From Prorocentrum cordatum (lineage: Eukaryota), in the NCBI GenBank assembly GCA_963575745.1, contig CAUYUJ010000336.1, forward strand, positions 372,001 through 436,000: a DNA stretch of 64,000 nt, read 5' to 3'. The first letter of the stretch is position 1. Each line of letters opens with the position of its first letter. Of the stretch, positions 26,201-38,377 are shown one piece after another. The notes beneath the pieces are model-generated. The model was not told the origin of the DNA. It made no database searches and saw nothing but the letters and a program-made list of their open reading frames with translations. The position numbers and the translations under genes are program-made.

Positions 26201-28960
26201 CGGCAGACCACACAAGAGCACGGCAGACCCAACAAGAGCACGGCAGACCCCACGGAGCACGGCAGACCCCACAGGAGCACGGCAGAGCAGACCCAAAAGG
26301 AGCACGGCAGACCACACAGGAGCAAGGCAAACCACAGGAGCACGGCAGACCACACAGGAGCACGGCAGACCCCACAGTAGCAAGGCAGACCCCAAAGGAG
26401 CACGGCAGACCACCGGAGCACGGCAGACCACACAGGAGTACGGCAGACCCCACATGAGCACGGCAAATCCCAAATGAGCACGGCAGACCACAAGAGCACG
26501 GCAGACCACACAGGAGCACGGCAGACTCCACCGGAGCACGGCAGACCACAAAGGAGCACGGCAGACCACACAGGAGCCCGGCAGACGCCACAGGAGCACG
26601 GCAGACGCCACAGGAGCACGGCGGAACCCACAGGAGCACGGCAGACCGCGCGCGGGTAAAACATAAACGCGCCTTTTTGTTGTACCCCGAACGCCGCTGG
26701 CGTTTCCCCAACAGGAGCACGGCAGATCTCACAGGCGCGCGGCAGACCCCAAATGAGCACGACCGACCACAGGAGCACGGCAGACCCCAAAGGAGTACGG
26801 CAGACCCCAAAAGAGCACCGTAGACGCCTCAGGAGCACGGCTGACCACACAGGAGCACGGCAGCCTGGGCCGGTTCCGGCGCCGGCCGGCGCCGGAAAAA
26901 TGAATTCCGAGGCGGTGCCGAAAAAAGGCCACTCCAAGACACATTTTTCTTTCAAAAATATTGATTTTCTGCTCCCGGCGCCCGGGAACCCCTTCCGGGC
27001 CGCTTCCGGCACCCGGGCCGGCGCTCGAGCCGAACGCCTGGGCCGGCACCACACAGGAGCGCGGCAAACCACAAAGGAGCAAGGCAGACCCCAAATGAGC
27101 ACGGCAATCCACACGTTCGCACGGCAGCCCGCACAGGAGCACGGCAGACCCCACATGAGCACGGCAGACCAAGAAGGAGCACGGCAGACCACACAGGAGC
27201 ACGGCAGACCACACAGGAGCACGGCAGACCACACAGGACACGGCAGACCCCACCGGAGCACGGCAGACCCCAAAGAAGCACGGCAAACCACACAAGAGCA
27301 CGGCAGACCATACAGGAGCACGCCAGACCACACAGGAGCACGGCAGACCATACGTTCGCACGGCAAACTCCACAGGAGCACGGCAGACCCCAAAGGAGCA
27401 CGGCAGTGGTACGTGGCACTGCTGTGGTATGCCGTACTAAAAACGTGGAATATCTCATAAGCCCAGGGGACAAAAGCACGCTTCCCGTTCTTGTCCGGTC
27501 AGTTCCCCAAAATGGCCATTTCGCTCGAGACATCCTCGAAAAATCGAGGTGTTGGAGGCTATCGTTTAAGACGTCTTATGTCAAAAATGACGGTTTCGCT
27601 CGAGACATCCTCAAAAAATCGGGATGTTGAAAAATATCAAAAAATTTTGTTATGCATGAAAAATGAGCGTTTCGCTCGAGACATCCTCGAAAAAATGAGA
27701 TGCCGACAGAGGTGTTTTACAACCTTTTATGTTAAAAATGACGTTTTCGCTCGGGACGTCCTCAGAAAATGAGCAGGTGGTCTGCCGTGCTCCTGTGTGG
27801 AGCACGGCAGACCACGGCCATTTCGCTCGAGACATCCTCAAAAAATCAAGGTGTGGTCTGCCGTGCTCCTGTGTGGTCTGCCGTGCTCCTGTGGTCTGCC
27901 GTGCTCCCCACAGGAGCACGGCAGACCGCGCGTAGGAACCGAGAGGAGCACGGCAGACCAAAACGAGGAGCACGGCAGACCAGGCTTAGGAACCGAGAGG
28001 AGCACGGCAGACCAAGACGACGAGCACGGCAGACCAGGCACCAAGAGCGCCCTCAAGACGACGGAAAGGATGACCAAAACGAGGAGCACGGCAGACCAAG
28101 ACGGGGAGCACGGCAGACTATGCCCTAAGAGTGCCCTCAAGACGGCCGAACAACGGCAGACCCCATAGGAGCACGGCAGACCACAGAAGAGCACGGCAGA
28201 CCAACAGGAGCACGGCAGACCACACAAGAGCACGGCAGGCCACACAGGAGCACGGCAGACCACACAGGAGCACTGCAGACCACAAAGGAGCACGGCAGAC
28301 CACACAAGAGCACGGCAGACCCCACAAGAGCACGGCAGACCCCACAGGAGCACGGCAGACCCCACAGGAGCACGGCAGAGCAGACCCAAAAGGAGCACGG
28401 CAGACCACTCAGGAGCAAGGCAAACCACAGGAGCACGGCAGACCACACAGGAGCACGGCAGACCCCACAGTAGCAAGGCAGACCCCAAAGGAGCACGGCA
28501 GACCACCGGAGCACGGCAGACCACACAGGAGTACGGCAGACCCCACATGAGCACGGCAAATCCCAAATGTGCACGGCAGACCACAAGAGCACGGCAGACT
28601 ACACAGGAGCACGGCAGACTCCACAGGAGCACGGCAGACCACAAAGGAGCACGGCAGACCACACAGGAGCCCGGCAGACGCCACAGGAGCACGGCAGACG
28701 CCACAGGAGCACGGCGGAACCCACAGGAGCACGGCAGACCGCGCGCGGGTACAACATAAACGCGCCTTTTTGTTGTAACCCGAACGCCGCTGGCGTTTCC
28801 CCAACAGGAGCACGGCAGATCTCACAGGCCACGGCAGACCCCAAAATGAGCACGGCCGACCACAAGGAGTCACGGCAGACCCCAATGAAGCACGGCAGAC
28901 TCCCAAAAGGCGTCCGTAGACCGCCTCAGGAGCATTCTGACTCACACAGAGCACGGCAAG

Positions 28961-29545
28961 CCCGGGCCGGTTCCGGCGCCGGCCGGCGCCGGAAAATTGA
29001 ATTCCGAGGCGGTGCCGAAAAAAGGCCACTCCAAGACATATTTTTTCTTTCGAAAATATTGATTTTCTGCTCCCGGCGCCCGGGAACCCCTTCCGGGCCG
29101 CTTCTGGCCCCCGGGCCGGCGCTCGAGCCAAACGCCCGGGCCAGCACCCGGGCCAGCGCCCGGGCCGGTTCCGGCGCCGGCCGGCGCCGGAAAATTGAAT
29201 TCCGAGGCGGTGCCTAAAAAAGGCCACTCCAAGACATATTTTTCTTTCGAAAATATTGATTTTCTGCTCCCGGCGCCCGGGAACCCCTTCCGGGCCGCTT
29301 CCGGCACCCTGGCCGGCGCTCGAGCCGAACGCCTGGGCCAGCACCCGGGCCAGCGCCCGGGCCGGTTCCGGCGCCGGCCGGCGCCGGAAAATTGAAATCC
29401 GAGGCGGTGCGGAAAAAAGGCCACTCCAAGACATATTTTTCTTTCGAAAATATTGATTTTCTGCTCCCGGCGCCCTGGAAACCCCTTCCGGGCCGATTCC
29501 GGCACCCAGGCCGGCGCTCGAACCGAACGCCCGGGCCGGCACCTG
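28961..29545. repeat. Three tandem ~198-bp units, with a fourth at about 26865-27045, each containing a 24-bp perfect palindrome
   Basis: TTCCGGCGCCGGCCGGCGCCGGAA at 26874, 28971, 29169 and 29366. Confidence 0.9.
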
Positions 29546-29979
29546 GGCTGGCGGCCGACGCGCGATGCGCTGCCACAAGCCAGCTTCCCGCAAGATCGGT
29601 CCAGAGTGGGAGGGGACGGAGCTGGGCGGGTGAAGGACCACCACAGCACTGCTCCAGCCTTCCCTCAGCCCTGGGTCTGCTGACCACACAGGAGCACGGC
29701 AGACCACACAGGAGCGCGGCAAACCACAAAGGAGCAAGGCAGACCCCAAATGAGCAAGGCAGTCCACACGTTCGCACGGCAGACCGCACAGGAGCACGGC
29801 AGACCGCACATGAGCACGGCAGACCAAGAAGGAGCACGGCAGACCACACAGGAGCACGGCAGACCACACAGGAGCACGGCAGACCACACAGGACACGGCA
29901 GACCCCACGGGAGCACGGCAGACCACACAGGAACACGGCAAACCACACAAGAGCACGGCAGACCATACAGGAGCACGCC

Positions 29980-30079
29980 NNNNNNNNNNNNNNNNNNNNN
30001 NNNNNNNNNNNNNNNNNNNNNNNNNNNNNNNNNNNNNNNNNNNNNNNNNNNNNNNNNNNNNNNNNNNNNNNNNNNNNNN
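29980..30079. other. Assembly gap (100 N)
   Basis: Run of N inside the satellite, so the true array length is unknown. Confidence 1.
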
Positions 30080-32042
30080 CGGCACACTCCACAGGAGCAC
30101 GGCAGACCCCAAAGGAGCACGGCAGACCACAGGAGCACGGCAGACCGTCTTCGAGGCCTCTTGGGCCGTCTTGGGGCCCTCTTGGAGCCATCTTAGCCGT
30201 CTTGGAGGCCATCTTGGCCGTCTTGGAAGACATCTTGGGCGTCTTGGAGGCCTCTTGCGCCGTGTTAGGGCCCTCTTGGGACCGTCTTGGGGACTTCTTG
30301 GGCCGTTTCGGGGCCATCTTGAAGGCCTCTTGGGCGATCTTAAAACGATCTTGGGGGCCTCTTGGGCCGTCTTGGGCCGTCGGAACGCGGCAGGCCATCA
30401 TTTAGTCTGTTCTGTTGCGTTTATGGGTTTCTCTGACGTTCTCGCCAATACGGTCTCTGACGCACGTGGTGGATAAAAAACGGCGCTTCCCGTTTTTGTC
30501 CGGTCAGGTTCCCCAAAATGGTCTGGCGTGCTCCTGTATGGTCTGCCGTGCTCTTGTGTGGTTTGCCGTGCTCCTGTGTGGTCTGCCGTGCTCCCGTGGG
30601 GTCTGCCGTGTCCTGTGTGGTCTGCCGTGCTCCTGTGTGGTCTGCCGTGTTCCGGAAAATTTGGCCGTTTCGCTCGGGACGTCCTCAAAAAATCGGCTCC
30701 GGAGGGGACTCCGAAGCAGCATTATCTTGGAATCGCTCCCGGAGGGCCTCCAAACGGCCCAAGAAAGCCCCCGAAGGCCCCCCAGAGGACCCCCAGAGCG
30801 CCCCAAGAGACCCCCAAGAGGCCCCCAAGGGGCGGCCAGAGGCCCGCCAGAGCGCCCAAAACGCCCCAAGAGACCCCCAAGAAGCCCCCCAGGGGCTCCA
30901 AAGAGGCGGCCAGAAGTCCCCCAGAACGCGCGAAAAGGCTCCAGGAGTTCCCTGAGAGCTTCATATCGCCCCATAGAGCCCCCGAAGGCCCCCCCCGGGA
31001 CTCCCCCAAGAGGCCCCCGAGAGGCCAGAGGCTACGACAGCCCCAAGAGCGTCCAAGATACCTCCAAGACGGCGCCGAAGCCAGGAAACGCAACAGGGAT
31101 GTTCTCTGACGTTCTCGCCAATACGGTCTCCGACGCACGTGGTGGATAAAAAACTGCGTTTCCCGTTCTTGTCCGGTCAGGTTCCGGAAAATTGCGGAAA
31201 AATTGTCACTCCGCTCAAAAAATCTGACCAAGACGCGCCCAAGACGGCCACCAGGGCTCCAAGACGGCCCAAGAGCGCTCCAAGACCGCCCTAGAGCGTT
31301 CCAAGATGCCCTAAGATGGCTTCCAGACGGTCCAAGAGAGCTCCAAGACGGCCCAGGAGGCCCTCAACAGGCCTCCAAGACGCCGCAAGAGGCTTCGAAG
31401 AGGCCTCACAAGAGCGCCAAAGAGGCACACACCTATGATTTTTGAATAGTTTTTGAAGGTTTTTGGGGTTCTCGCCTTTTCCGTTTCCCGACGCTCCAAG
31501 ATTGCCCAAGAGGCCCCCAAGATCGCCCCAAGACGGCCCAAGAGGCCCCCAAGATCGCCTCAAGACGGCCCAAGAGGCCCCCAAGACGGCCCCAAGAAGG
31601 CACCAGAAGGCCCCAAGGCGGCCCCAAGACGGCCCCACGAGGCTTCGCGGCGGCCCAAGAGGCCGTCAATATGGCTCCTAGAGGGGGCCCAGACGAGGTA
31701 CACGAACGGACTTTTCGGGTCCTCGGCCCCAAGTGCCCCCCCGGAGGGTCCAGGAGGCCCCCGGGAGCCCCCCAAGACGCTCCAAGAGGCCCCCAAGAGG
31801 CCCCAAAAAGGCCCCCACGATGCCCCCAAGACGGCCCGAAAAAACGGCCCCCAAGAGGCTTCAGAATTGCTTCTAAGAGGCCTACGAGAGACCGACCACG
31901 ACATCCCAAGGTTCCATTACGAACGATGACGTGGGCAGCTTCGAACGCCAGAGCTCCCAGTACGAACGCTGGCGTCCAGAGCTTTGACGACAAACACTGC
32001 TACGAGCAAAAACGGCGCTTCCTGTTCTTGTGCGGTCAGGTT

Positions 32043-33935
32043 TGGAACATCCCGAGACAATCCGTTTTCGCCGCTTGTGTTTATAATGGTAATGACGAAA
32101 GTTGTTCGAGACCGAGCGTCGCGCAGATCCCAGCGCACGAAAAGCTTCGCAAGCAGAGACATGGGCCATATGTGGACGACACGCTGCTCGTAGGGCGTGA
32201 CCACGTTCATGTGCAATCTCTCGTGGGCAACTTCCAAGTGCAAGGGGCCAGAACGTCTTCGAATTAAATTGGTTTCAGCTTCAACGCATATCTGTCCGAG
32301 CTAACATGAATCTCAAGACGCCACAGGGCGAGCCAATTCCAGCAAACGAATCATTCGTGCGTCTTGGAGCAACCTTATCGAGTTCAGTCTGGGTGTTAAG
32401 GGAATTCTAGACGCTTCGCGTATCCCCCACCAGCCATTCATTGCATGTTTTTACTGCAGGTGTGTTGCATGTTGTTGTAATTAGCCTCGCCTGCTGGCCC
32501 AGTCGACGCCTTCCGCTCCGTGTCCGCCGCCTCGGAGCCGCTGACAAAAAAGTATCCCCACCAGCTGTGTAATTAGATCGGCCCGCGGCCCGGACCTTTC
32601 ACCACGGCGCTTGCGTTTTCGCTTGCGCCCGCGAGGAAAAAGTATCCCCACCAGCCCATCCAGAAACGATGTCCAGGCGAGTTGAGGTGATCAGGGAAGT
32701 GCGGCAGCAAAGAGGGGGACGGCCGAACCGTGCAAAGGAGTGAGGAGGAGAAGGAGGGGTGGATGGATGGATGGATGGATGAGGGAGTGGGAAGAAGGAG
32801 GATGAATAGGATAAGGAGGAAGCGGAGGAGGAGAAGGAGGAGGAAGAAACGGAGTAGGAGGAGGAAGGAGGAACAGGAGGAGGAGGAGGGCAAGCACAAG
32901 GGCCAGATGTCTCTTGGATGCGTCTCGGAGCCTCTTGGGGTATCTCTTGGGCGATTATTCGTGGCCTCTTGGGACGCCTTGGGGGTCTCTTGGCGGTCGT
33001 GTGGGGCTCTTCGGCGCTTTGGGTGCCTCGGGTGGGGGCCTCTTGGAGCCGCTTGGGATCCTTCGGGGGGCCTCCTGGGGGCCTCTTGGGGGCCTCTTGG
33101 GGCCATCTTGGGGCCATCTTGGGACCTCTTGGGGCCTCCTGGGCGCTTCTCGGGGCCATCTTGGAGGAGATCGATCAAGCAAGAGGGGAGCTTTAATTAG
33201 GCCCCCCCCCAGGAGGCCAAAATGGGGCCCAAACCCAACTAACACCAATGATTTTGGCTTCTTCGCCGAGGCCGTTTTGGACGCCCTGACACCTCGCGAA
33301 ACCCCTCGTCCAGGTCCAGGGGAGGGGGTATGGGGGATGGTACACCCCTCCCCGAAGGGGAAGAAGGAGGGGTGGAAGAGGAAACGCCCTAAACCACCGA
33401 CGCCCCGAGGGCTGGTGGGATTCAGCAAGACAAACGGGTGCAGCGTTGGGTGAACGTTGCAGAAATTGGCGCGCGTGGAAACGCACAACGCTTAGGACTT
33501 CGCGCGGACTTCAAGCATCCCATGTTCTGGCCACGAGCAAAGGGCCGACAACTAGATGGTGTCCGATCCATGTGCGTCCGCGGCATCGTGCACATTCCGT
33601 CTGCGCACGTTTCCCATAATTTCGAATGGAGAAGTGTTGGCGAGAGCAAAGCCAGAACCCTACACGGCCCAGCTTCCTGGATATCAGTTGTTGAGGTCAG
33701 GGAAAGTAGGTATACCGAGTAATTACAAGTTAGTGGTGCGCCTGACGCTTCACGACGGCGCTTACGACCAGCTACAGACGTTGACTCTTGGTTTGTACGG
33801 CGGTCGAGAAAGGAATGGGCCAAGTGCCATATGAGTACGATTGACCAGCATTTCGCCCCCAAGGGGGCCGCAATGCAAAACGTCCGCGAGTCCATCGGTT
33901 TGGCGAAATATTGTGGCGAATTGTGTGTCATATGA
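32043..33935 (+). mobile_element. Decayed RTE-like LINE, 3' half (RT core to C-terminus), interrupted by an insertion at 32405-33421
   Basis: GTSRDNPFSPLVFIMVMT (like GISQGCPLSP), YVDDTLLVG with YVDD at 32169-32180, FVRLGATL (like YLG). After the insertion: ARQTGAALGE..AWKR, RQLDG..CVRGIVHIP..ISNGEVLARA and RRSRKEWAK (like GRPRxxW). Confidence 0.8.
32405..33421 (-). mobile_element. Non-autonomous element with Helitron2/Helentron-like ends (asymmetric inverted repeats plus hairpins), no TSD
   Basis: Left end: hairpin ACGC-TTC-GCGT (32411-32421) followed by ATCCCCCACCAGCC. Right end: GGGCTGGTGGGAT (33409-33421) inside hairpin CCACC..GCCC-CGA-GGGC.GGTGG. Internal GGCCTCTTGG-type repeats. Excision restores the LINE frame. 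Confidence 0.65.
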
Positions 33936-34110
33936 TTTTTTCCGTCTGCCGCACTACACGTAATTCAATATTGATTGTTGGTCGGCCGCCATTCCTGCAA
34001 AGCGGCAGTCGGCGTGCGGCGGCGTGCGTTGCCTTCTGCCCGAGCGCCCAGGCGTATGGCACGTTCGTTTGTTTGTTTGGGACTTCCTGGGGGTAATTAA
34101 GACCCCCTCC

Positions 34111-35220
34111 TTCCCGAAACATCATGAGTTAAGTTGGGTCCTCGCTTTGAATACGCATTGCCCAGCGTTCTCTCCCCCCCACCCTCCTCCCCCCTCATCC
34201 CTCCTCCCTCCTCCCATACACGGCCCTCACACGCTTCATAGTTACAGAAAAGATCTTCCGAAGGCCCGGGTGGCTGCGTTCGGATACCTGGTCCACACCA
34301 CTGGGACACCCCTCACGCGCTTCGTGGCCCCATGCGGACCCCAACCGAAGGCCCCAGTAGCTGCGTCCGCAGATTTGGTCCACACCGTCCCGGCGCACGT
34401 GGCCCCATGGGGAGCTCCAGCAGAGGCCCCAGTGGCTGCGTCGGCATACCTGGCCCACGCCGTTCCGGCGTACCCCTCACACGTTTCGTGGCCTCATTAG
34501 GAGCCCCACCGAAGGCCCCAGTGCATGCGTTCACTGGGATTCACCGGAGGCCCCAGTTGCAGGAATCGCGTGAATGACCGCGCCCGTCGTCGAACCCCCC
34601 CCCTCACATGTTTGGTGTCTTTTTAGGGGGCTCCACCTAGAGTCCCAGTGGCTGCGTTCGCATACCTGGTCCACACCATTCCAGCGCACCCCTCACACTC
34701 TTCGTGGCCACAGGGAGCTCTGTCGGAGGCCCCAGTGGTTGCGTCCGCATACCTGGCCCACACCATTTCGGCGCACCTCTCACATGTTTCATGGCCCCAT
34801 AGAGATCTCCACCTAAGGCCCAAGTGGATGCTTTCGCATACCTGGTCCACGCAATTCCGGCGCACCTCTCACACGCCTCGTGACCCCATAGAGAGCTCCA
34901 CCGAAGTCCCGGGTGGCTGCATTCGCATATTTGGTCCGCACCATTTCGGCGCACCCCTCACACGTTTCGTGGCCCCATGGGGAGATTCACGGAAGGCCCC
35001 AGCTGCAGGAATCGCATGCGTGGCCGCGCCATTTCCGCACACCTTTCACACGTTTCGTGGTTCCATACGGAGTTCCCATCGAAGGCTTCAGTGACAAGAA
35101 TCAGCCGCGCCCATTTCGGCGCACCCCTCACACGTTTCGTGACCCCATGGGTAGCTCAACCTACGGCCCCAGTGGCAGGGCTCGCATGGGTGACCGCGCC
35201 CGCTTCGCCACACCTCTTGC
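34111..35220 (-). repeat. ~80-bp minisatellite element (GGCCCCATAGGGAGCTCCACCGAAGGCCCCAGTGG core) with terminal motif
   Basis: Diverged tandem units. The terminus at 34111-34155 is the reverse complement of a TTCAAA..AGGACCCA.C..GGAA motif. Confidence 0.8.
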
Positions 35221-36123
35221 ACGTTTCGCAGATCAGCCGTAACGGTTCACATCCAGACGTAACTTGTCACGGCCGATTTCTGCGACCACATCAGCAACGT
35301 CGTTCCGTCATTAGAATGTTTGGTAGTACCCCATGTCCTCCACGATGGGTTGCATGAGGGCCCCAGTGGCTCCCTCTAGTTAGGGTCACACGAGACATCC
35401 ACGATGGCTCAAGAGGGCTCCCAACATGCCTCCAGGAGGCCCCAAGACCGCCCCAAGGCAGCTCCAAGTGGCCACGGCGCCTCCCAATGACGGCACCGAG
35501 CTCTTGCACGTCCTTGATCAAGGCAGTTCGTGTTTGCATCCTTCATAGATGGGTTGGTGGGGATGCGCGAAGCGCTAAAGACTTGGCAGCGTCCCTCGCC
35601 GCGCGCCCACGGCATCGCCGCCCAAGGTGCAGCCAAGCAGCAGCAACAACGGCTCCTCCCTTCGCCAATTCCATCTCATCACCTACCTTCCTGTGCTTCC
35701 CCATCCTCTTGCTCCATCTCCGTCCTTCTGCTCCCTCTCCGAAGCTCTCGCCGTGGCACTGCGCCAGTGTCGCGCCCGTGGCCGCTCTCGGAGGCGTAGT
35801 GTGCGAGCCTTCGGTTGCGCCTCCTCCTGCCTCCTCATGCCTCTTCACCTCCTCCGCACGGGGGGGGGAGGGGAAGGGGCAGAGGACGGAGGGAGGAGAA
35901 GACTGAGGCGCGGGGGGTGCGGGGGGTGAAGATGCAGGGGATGGGAGGGCCAGAGGAGGGAGGTGAGGAGAGGACAGGGGGGAGGCGAAGACGGAGATGG
36001 GGGAGAGGGGAGAGGACGGCCCCGGGCAGGGGGGGGGGGGGATGGCGGGGGGCGCTGCGACTGGCGGCGGGGCGGCCCGCGGCGGGGCTGCCCCCGCGGC
36101 AGGGCGGCGGGCTTCCCGCCGAG

Positions 36124-36187
36124 GTCCTGCATCTTCACGGACGAGATCGACGCCTACCCGATAGACAAGTTCGTCCAGGGGACCCAG
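36124..36187 (+). CDS. Exon D: SCIFTDEIDAYPIDKFVQGTQ
   Basis: AG|G acceptor and CAG|GC donor at 36188. Splicing creates YDESCIFTDE, resembling the Y-x-x-D/E-x-x-F-x-D motif of NTF2/SnoaL-fold proteins. Confidence 0.9.
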
Positions 36188-36214
36188 GCAGGCAGGGCTC
36201 GTGTCGACTCCGCA

Positions 36215-36650
36215 GATTCGATTTGATTCGATGTCGATCGATTCCGATCCCGACTCAATTCGATTGCAGATTCCGATTTGGATCTTTGCTTCTCAATTCA
36301 GGCCTTACTAGCCTGCCGATTTCCGCTCCATCAACTCCTCCCGACTTGGCTGCCGATTTCTGCCGACCCGAGTCGTTTCGATTGCGGGTCCAACGAATCG
36401 ATTCGATTGTGGGTCTCTTGCCCAAGAGACCCTACAGTGTCCACTTCGCTCCGATCGATCAGCTTCGATAGCGATTCTGGCCATCTCGATCCGACCCGAT
36501 TTCGATATTCTGGCGGTCCGATGCGGCCCGATGCTTGCATGACGCTGTTGCGCAGCCTGGTGGAGCCGGTCAGATTTGATTTCGACCCCGTGCAGATGCA
36601 GTCCGATCCGACGCACGTTCCGATTCGATACGATTATCCGATTCGATACT
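36215..36650. repeat. Degenerate (TTCGA/TCCGA)n pentamer tract just after exon D
   Basis: Direct reading. Confidence 0.7.
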
Positions 36651-38326
36651 GACGGATTCTGCATGATCAGTCATCTCACGAGGCCCCTGTTGGCGCCATA
36701 TGAAAACCATTACGGACGATTGTGTGTGTGTTCGTTTTGCTGTCTTCGGTTGCTTGGGCGGGCCTCAACGGGCCCCAGGGGCCGTCGAAACGCGATCAGG
36801 ATGCGAAACTGGCCTGTCCATTGGGATCTTGAGGGGCCCAGCTCGTGGGGAAAAACATGACGTCGGGGGTATGGGCCCTGCTCATTTTCCTCCTCCGCCT
36901 ACTCCTTGTCCTCCGCCTGCTCTCCCCGCCATCTCCGCCTTCTGACACCTGTCGGGTGCCGGTCGTATCGTTTGACTCGGTCCTGGCCTGTCAACAGCAA
37001 CCCAGAGTTCGTCCATCTCGGGGGGGCCCTAGCGGTATGGTGAGCACACCGTTTGGTGAGTCAGTGGGGATTCGGGGTCGCCGCACCGTTTTGGGACTTG
37101 GGTCGTTCTCTGGGGATGTCTGGGGCGACTTAGGCCTGCGGGATCTCAAAACCGTGCGGTAACGGTCCTTGCGGTGGGGTCTTGAGATCTCGAGTCACAG
37201 CACGGTGGGTGTGTCACCGCACCGTTTTGGGACCCCCAATTGTTGCATGTCCATTTGAGCGACGAAGGAAAAGTGGGTTCGTCTTCGCCGACATTGGCGC
37301 GTAATTTGCCCACGCAAGGTCGTGCCTAAGCGCCCTCGTCTCCAGTTCCGGCCCGCGTAAGCCACCGCGCAAGGTCGCTACGTCATCTTGCGCAAGGCCC
37401 ATTTCTTTTCGTCGCTCGCTTGTTGCTCGGGCTCCTGGCTCCCCCAGCCCATCTCGGCCCCAGTTGTGTTCGAGAGCACCAGGCGGGGTTGAGGGGCGGA
37501 GCGCCGCCGTGCTCGGGGCCGTCGGCGGCACCCGAGTGTGCAGTAAGACTCGAGTTCGTTGGAAATCGGGTTTGCCGACGCTTTTTGACGGTCTAGTTCA
37601 CGTGGGATGTTTGCAGCAGGAGGTCGCGTCAAATCTCGGATTGGGTCTCGTCATTTTCTTGACGGCCCCGTCGGGCCAACCCGAGTCCCCCGAACCCTAG
37701 TCTCACGTCTCCCCGAGCGAGGGATCACCAAGATATAGTGTGGGATCCGTTCGTTGGCGCTGCAAAGCGCCCCCCTCCTTCTCCACAAGACAAGGGGTCG
37801 CCCTCTCGGTCGGTGTGCGCACGGGCTCTAGAAGCGGCTGCCCTGTCGGTACCCGTTGGGCCCCGTCGTCTTTGTCTAAGCTGGCGCGTCGCGCCCTGCG
37901 GCTTGAGCTGTCCCGCGCCAGAGCTACACGAAGTTGGAAGTCAATCGCTGCCTCTCGTTCACAGGTTGGCTTTGCCTGCGCATGTCTTTGAGCGCACGCC
38001 TGCTCGCAGCGCAGAGCAGCGGGCCTGCAGCCGTACATTTCCAGCGTCATGGCGTGTTGTTCCTCTTGCCTGCTCGATCTGCTCTCCGTCCTGCCTCCGT
38101 CTCCTCTTCACCTTCATCATCGTCCGAATCTGTATATACATACGTGTATATATGATTGCCTTCCTTATCGTTGTTCTCCTCCTGCACGATACTCACGCTC
38201 CTTTTCGTTATACTCCTCTTCTCATCCATTTAGTTGCTCCTCCTCTCCCTTCGTCTCTCCTCCCCCTTATCCTCCCCCTCCCCTGTCAGCGGCCTCCCCT
38301 TCCCACTCCCTTGCCCTCTCCGGCAG

Positions 38327-38377
38327 AAGCTGTTCGTCGCAGAAGAGTCCAACGTCAACTTGGTGGGTGACGTGGAG
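38327..38377 (+). CDS. Exon E: KLFVAEESNVNLVGDVE
   Basis: Pyrimidine tract plus CAG acceptor, GAG|GC donor at 38378, 51 nt, phase 0 at both ends. Confidence 0.88.

Larger units (their letters stand above)
23482..30650. repeat. Satellite of about 19-21 bp GGAGCACGGCAGACC(ACACA) monomers in ~2.0-2.2 kb higher-order units with local inversions
   Basis: Very many monomers. A unique marker GGGTAMAACATAAACGCGCC recurs at about 24645, 26654 and 28747. Interspersed TTTCGCTCGAGACATCCTC blocks. Confidence 0.95.

Noticed and set aside
23474..30401. Long Cys-rich and EHGRP-repeat ORFs
   Set aside because: Open in several frames on both strands because the satellite monomer lacks stops; some run through the N gap.
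35404..35413. Spliced-leader relic (TGGCTCAAG)
   Set aside because: Lies within CCAAGA-type repeat sequence and lacks CCATTTT and a pyrimidine tract.
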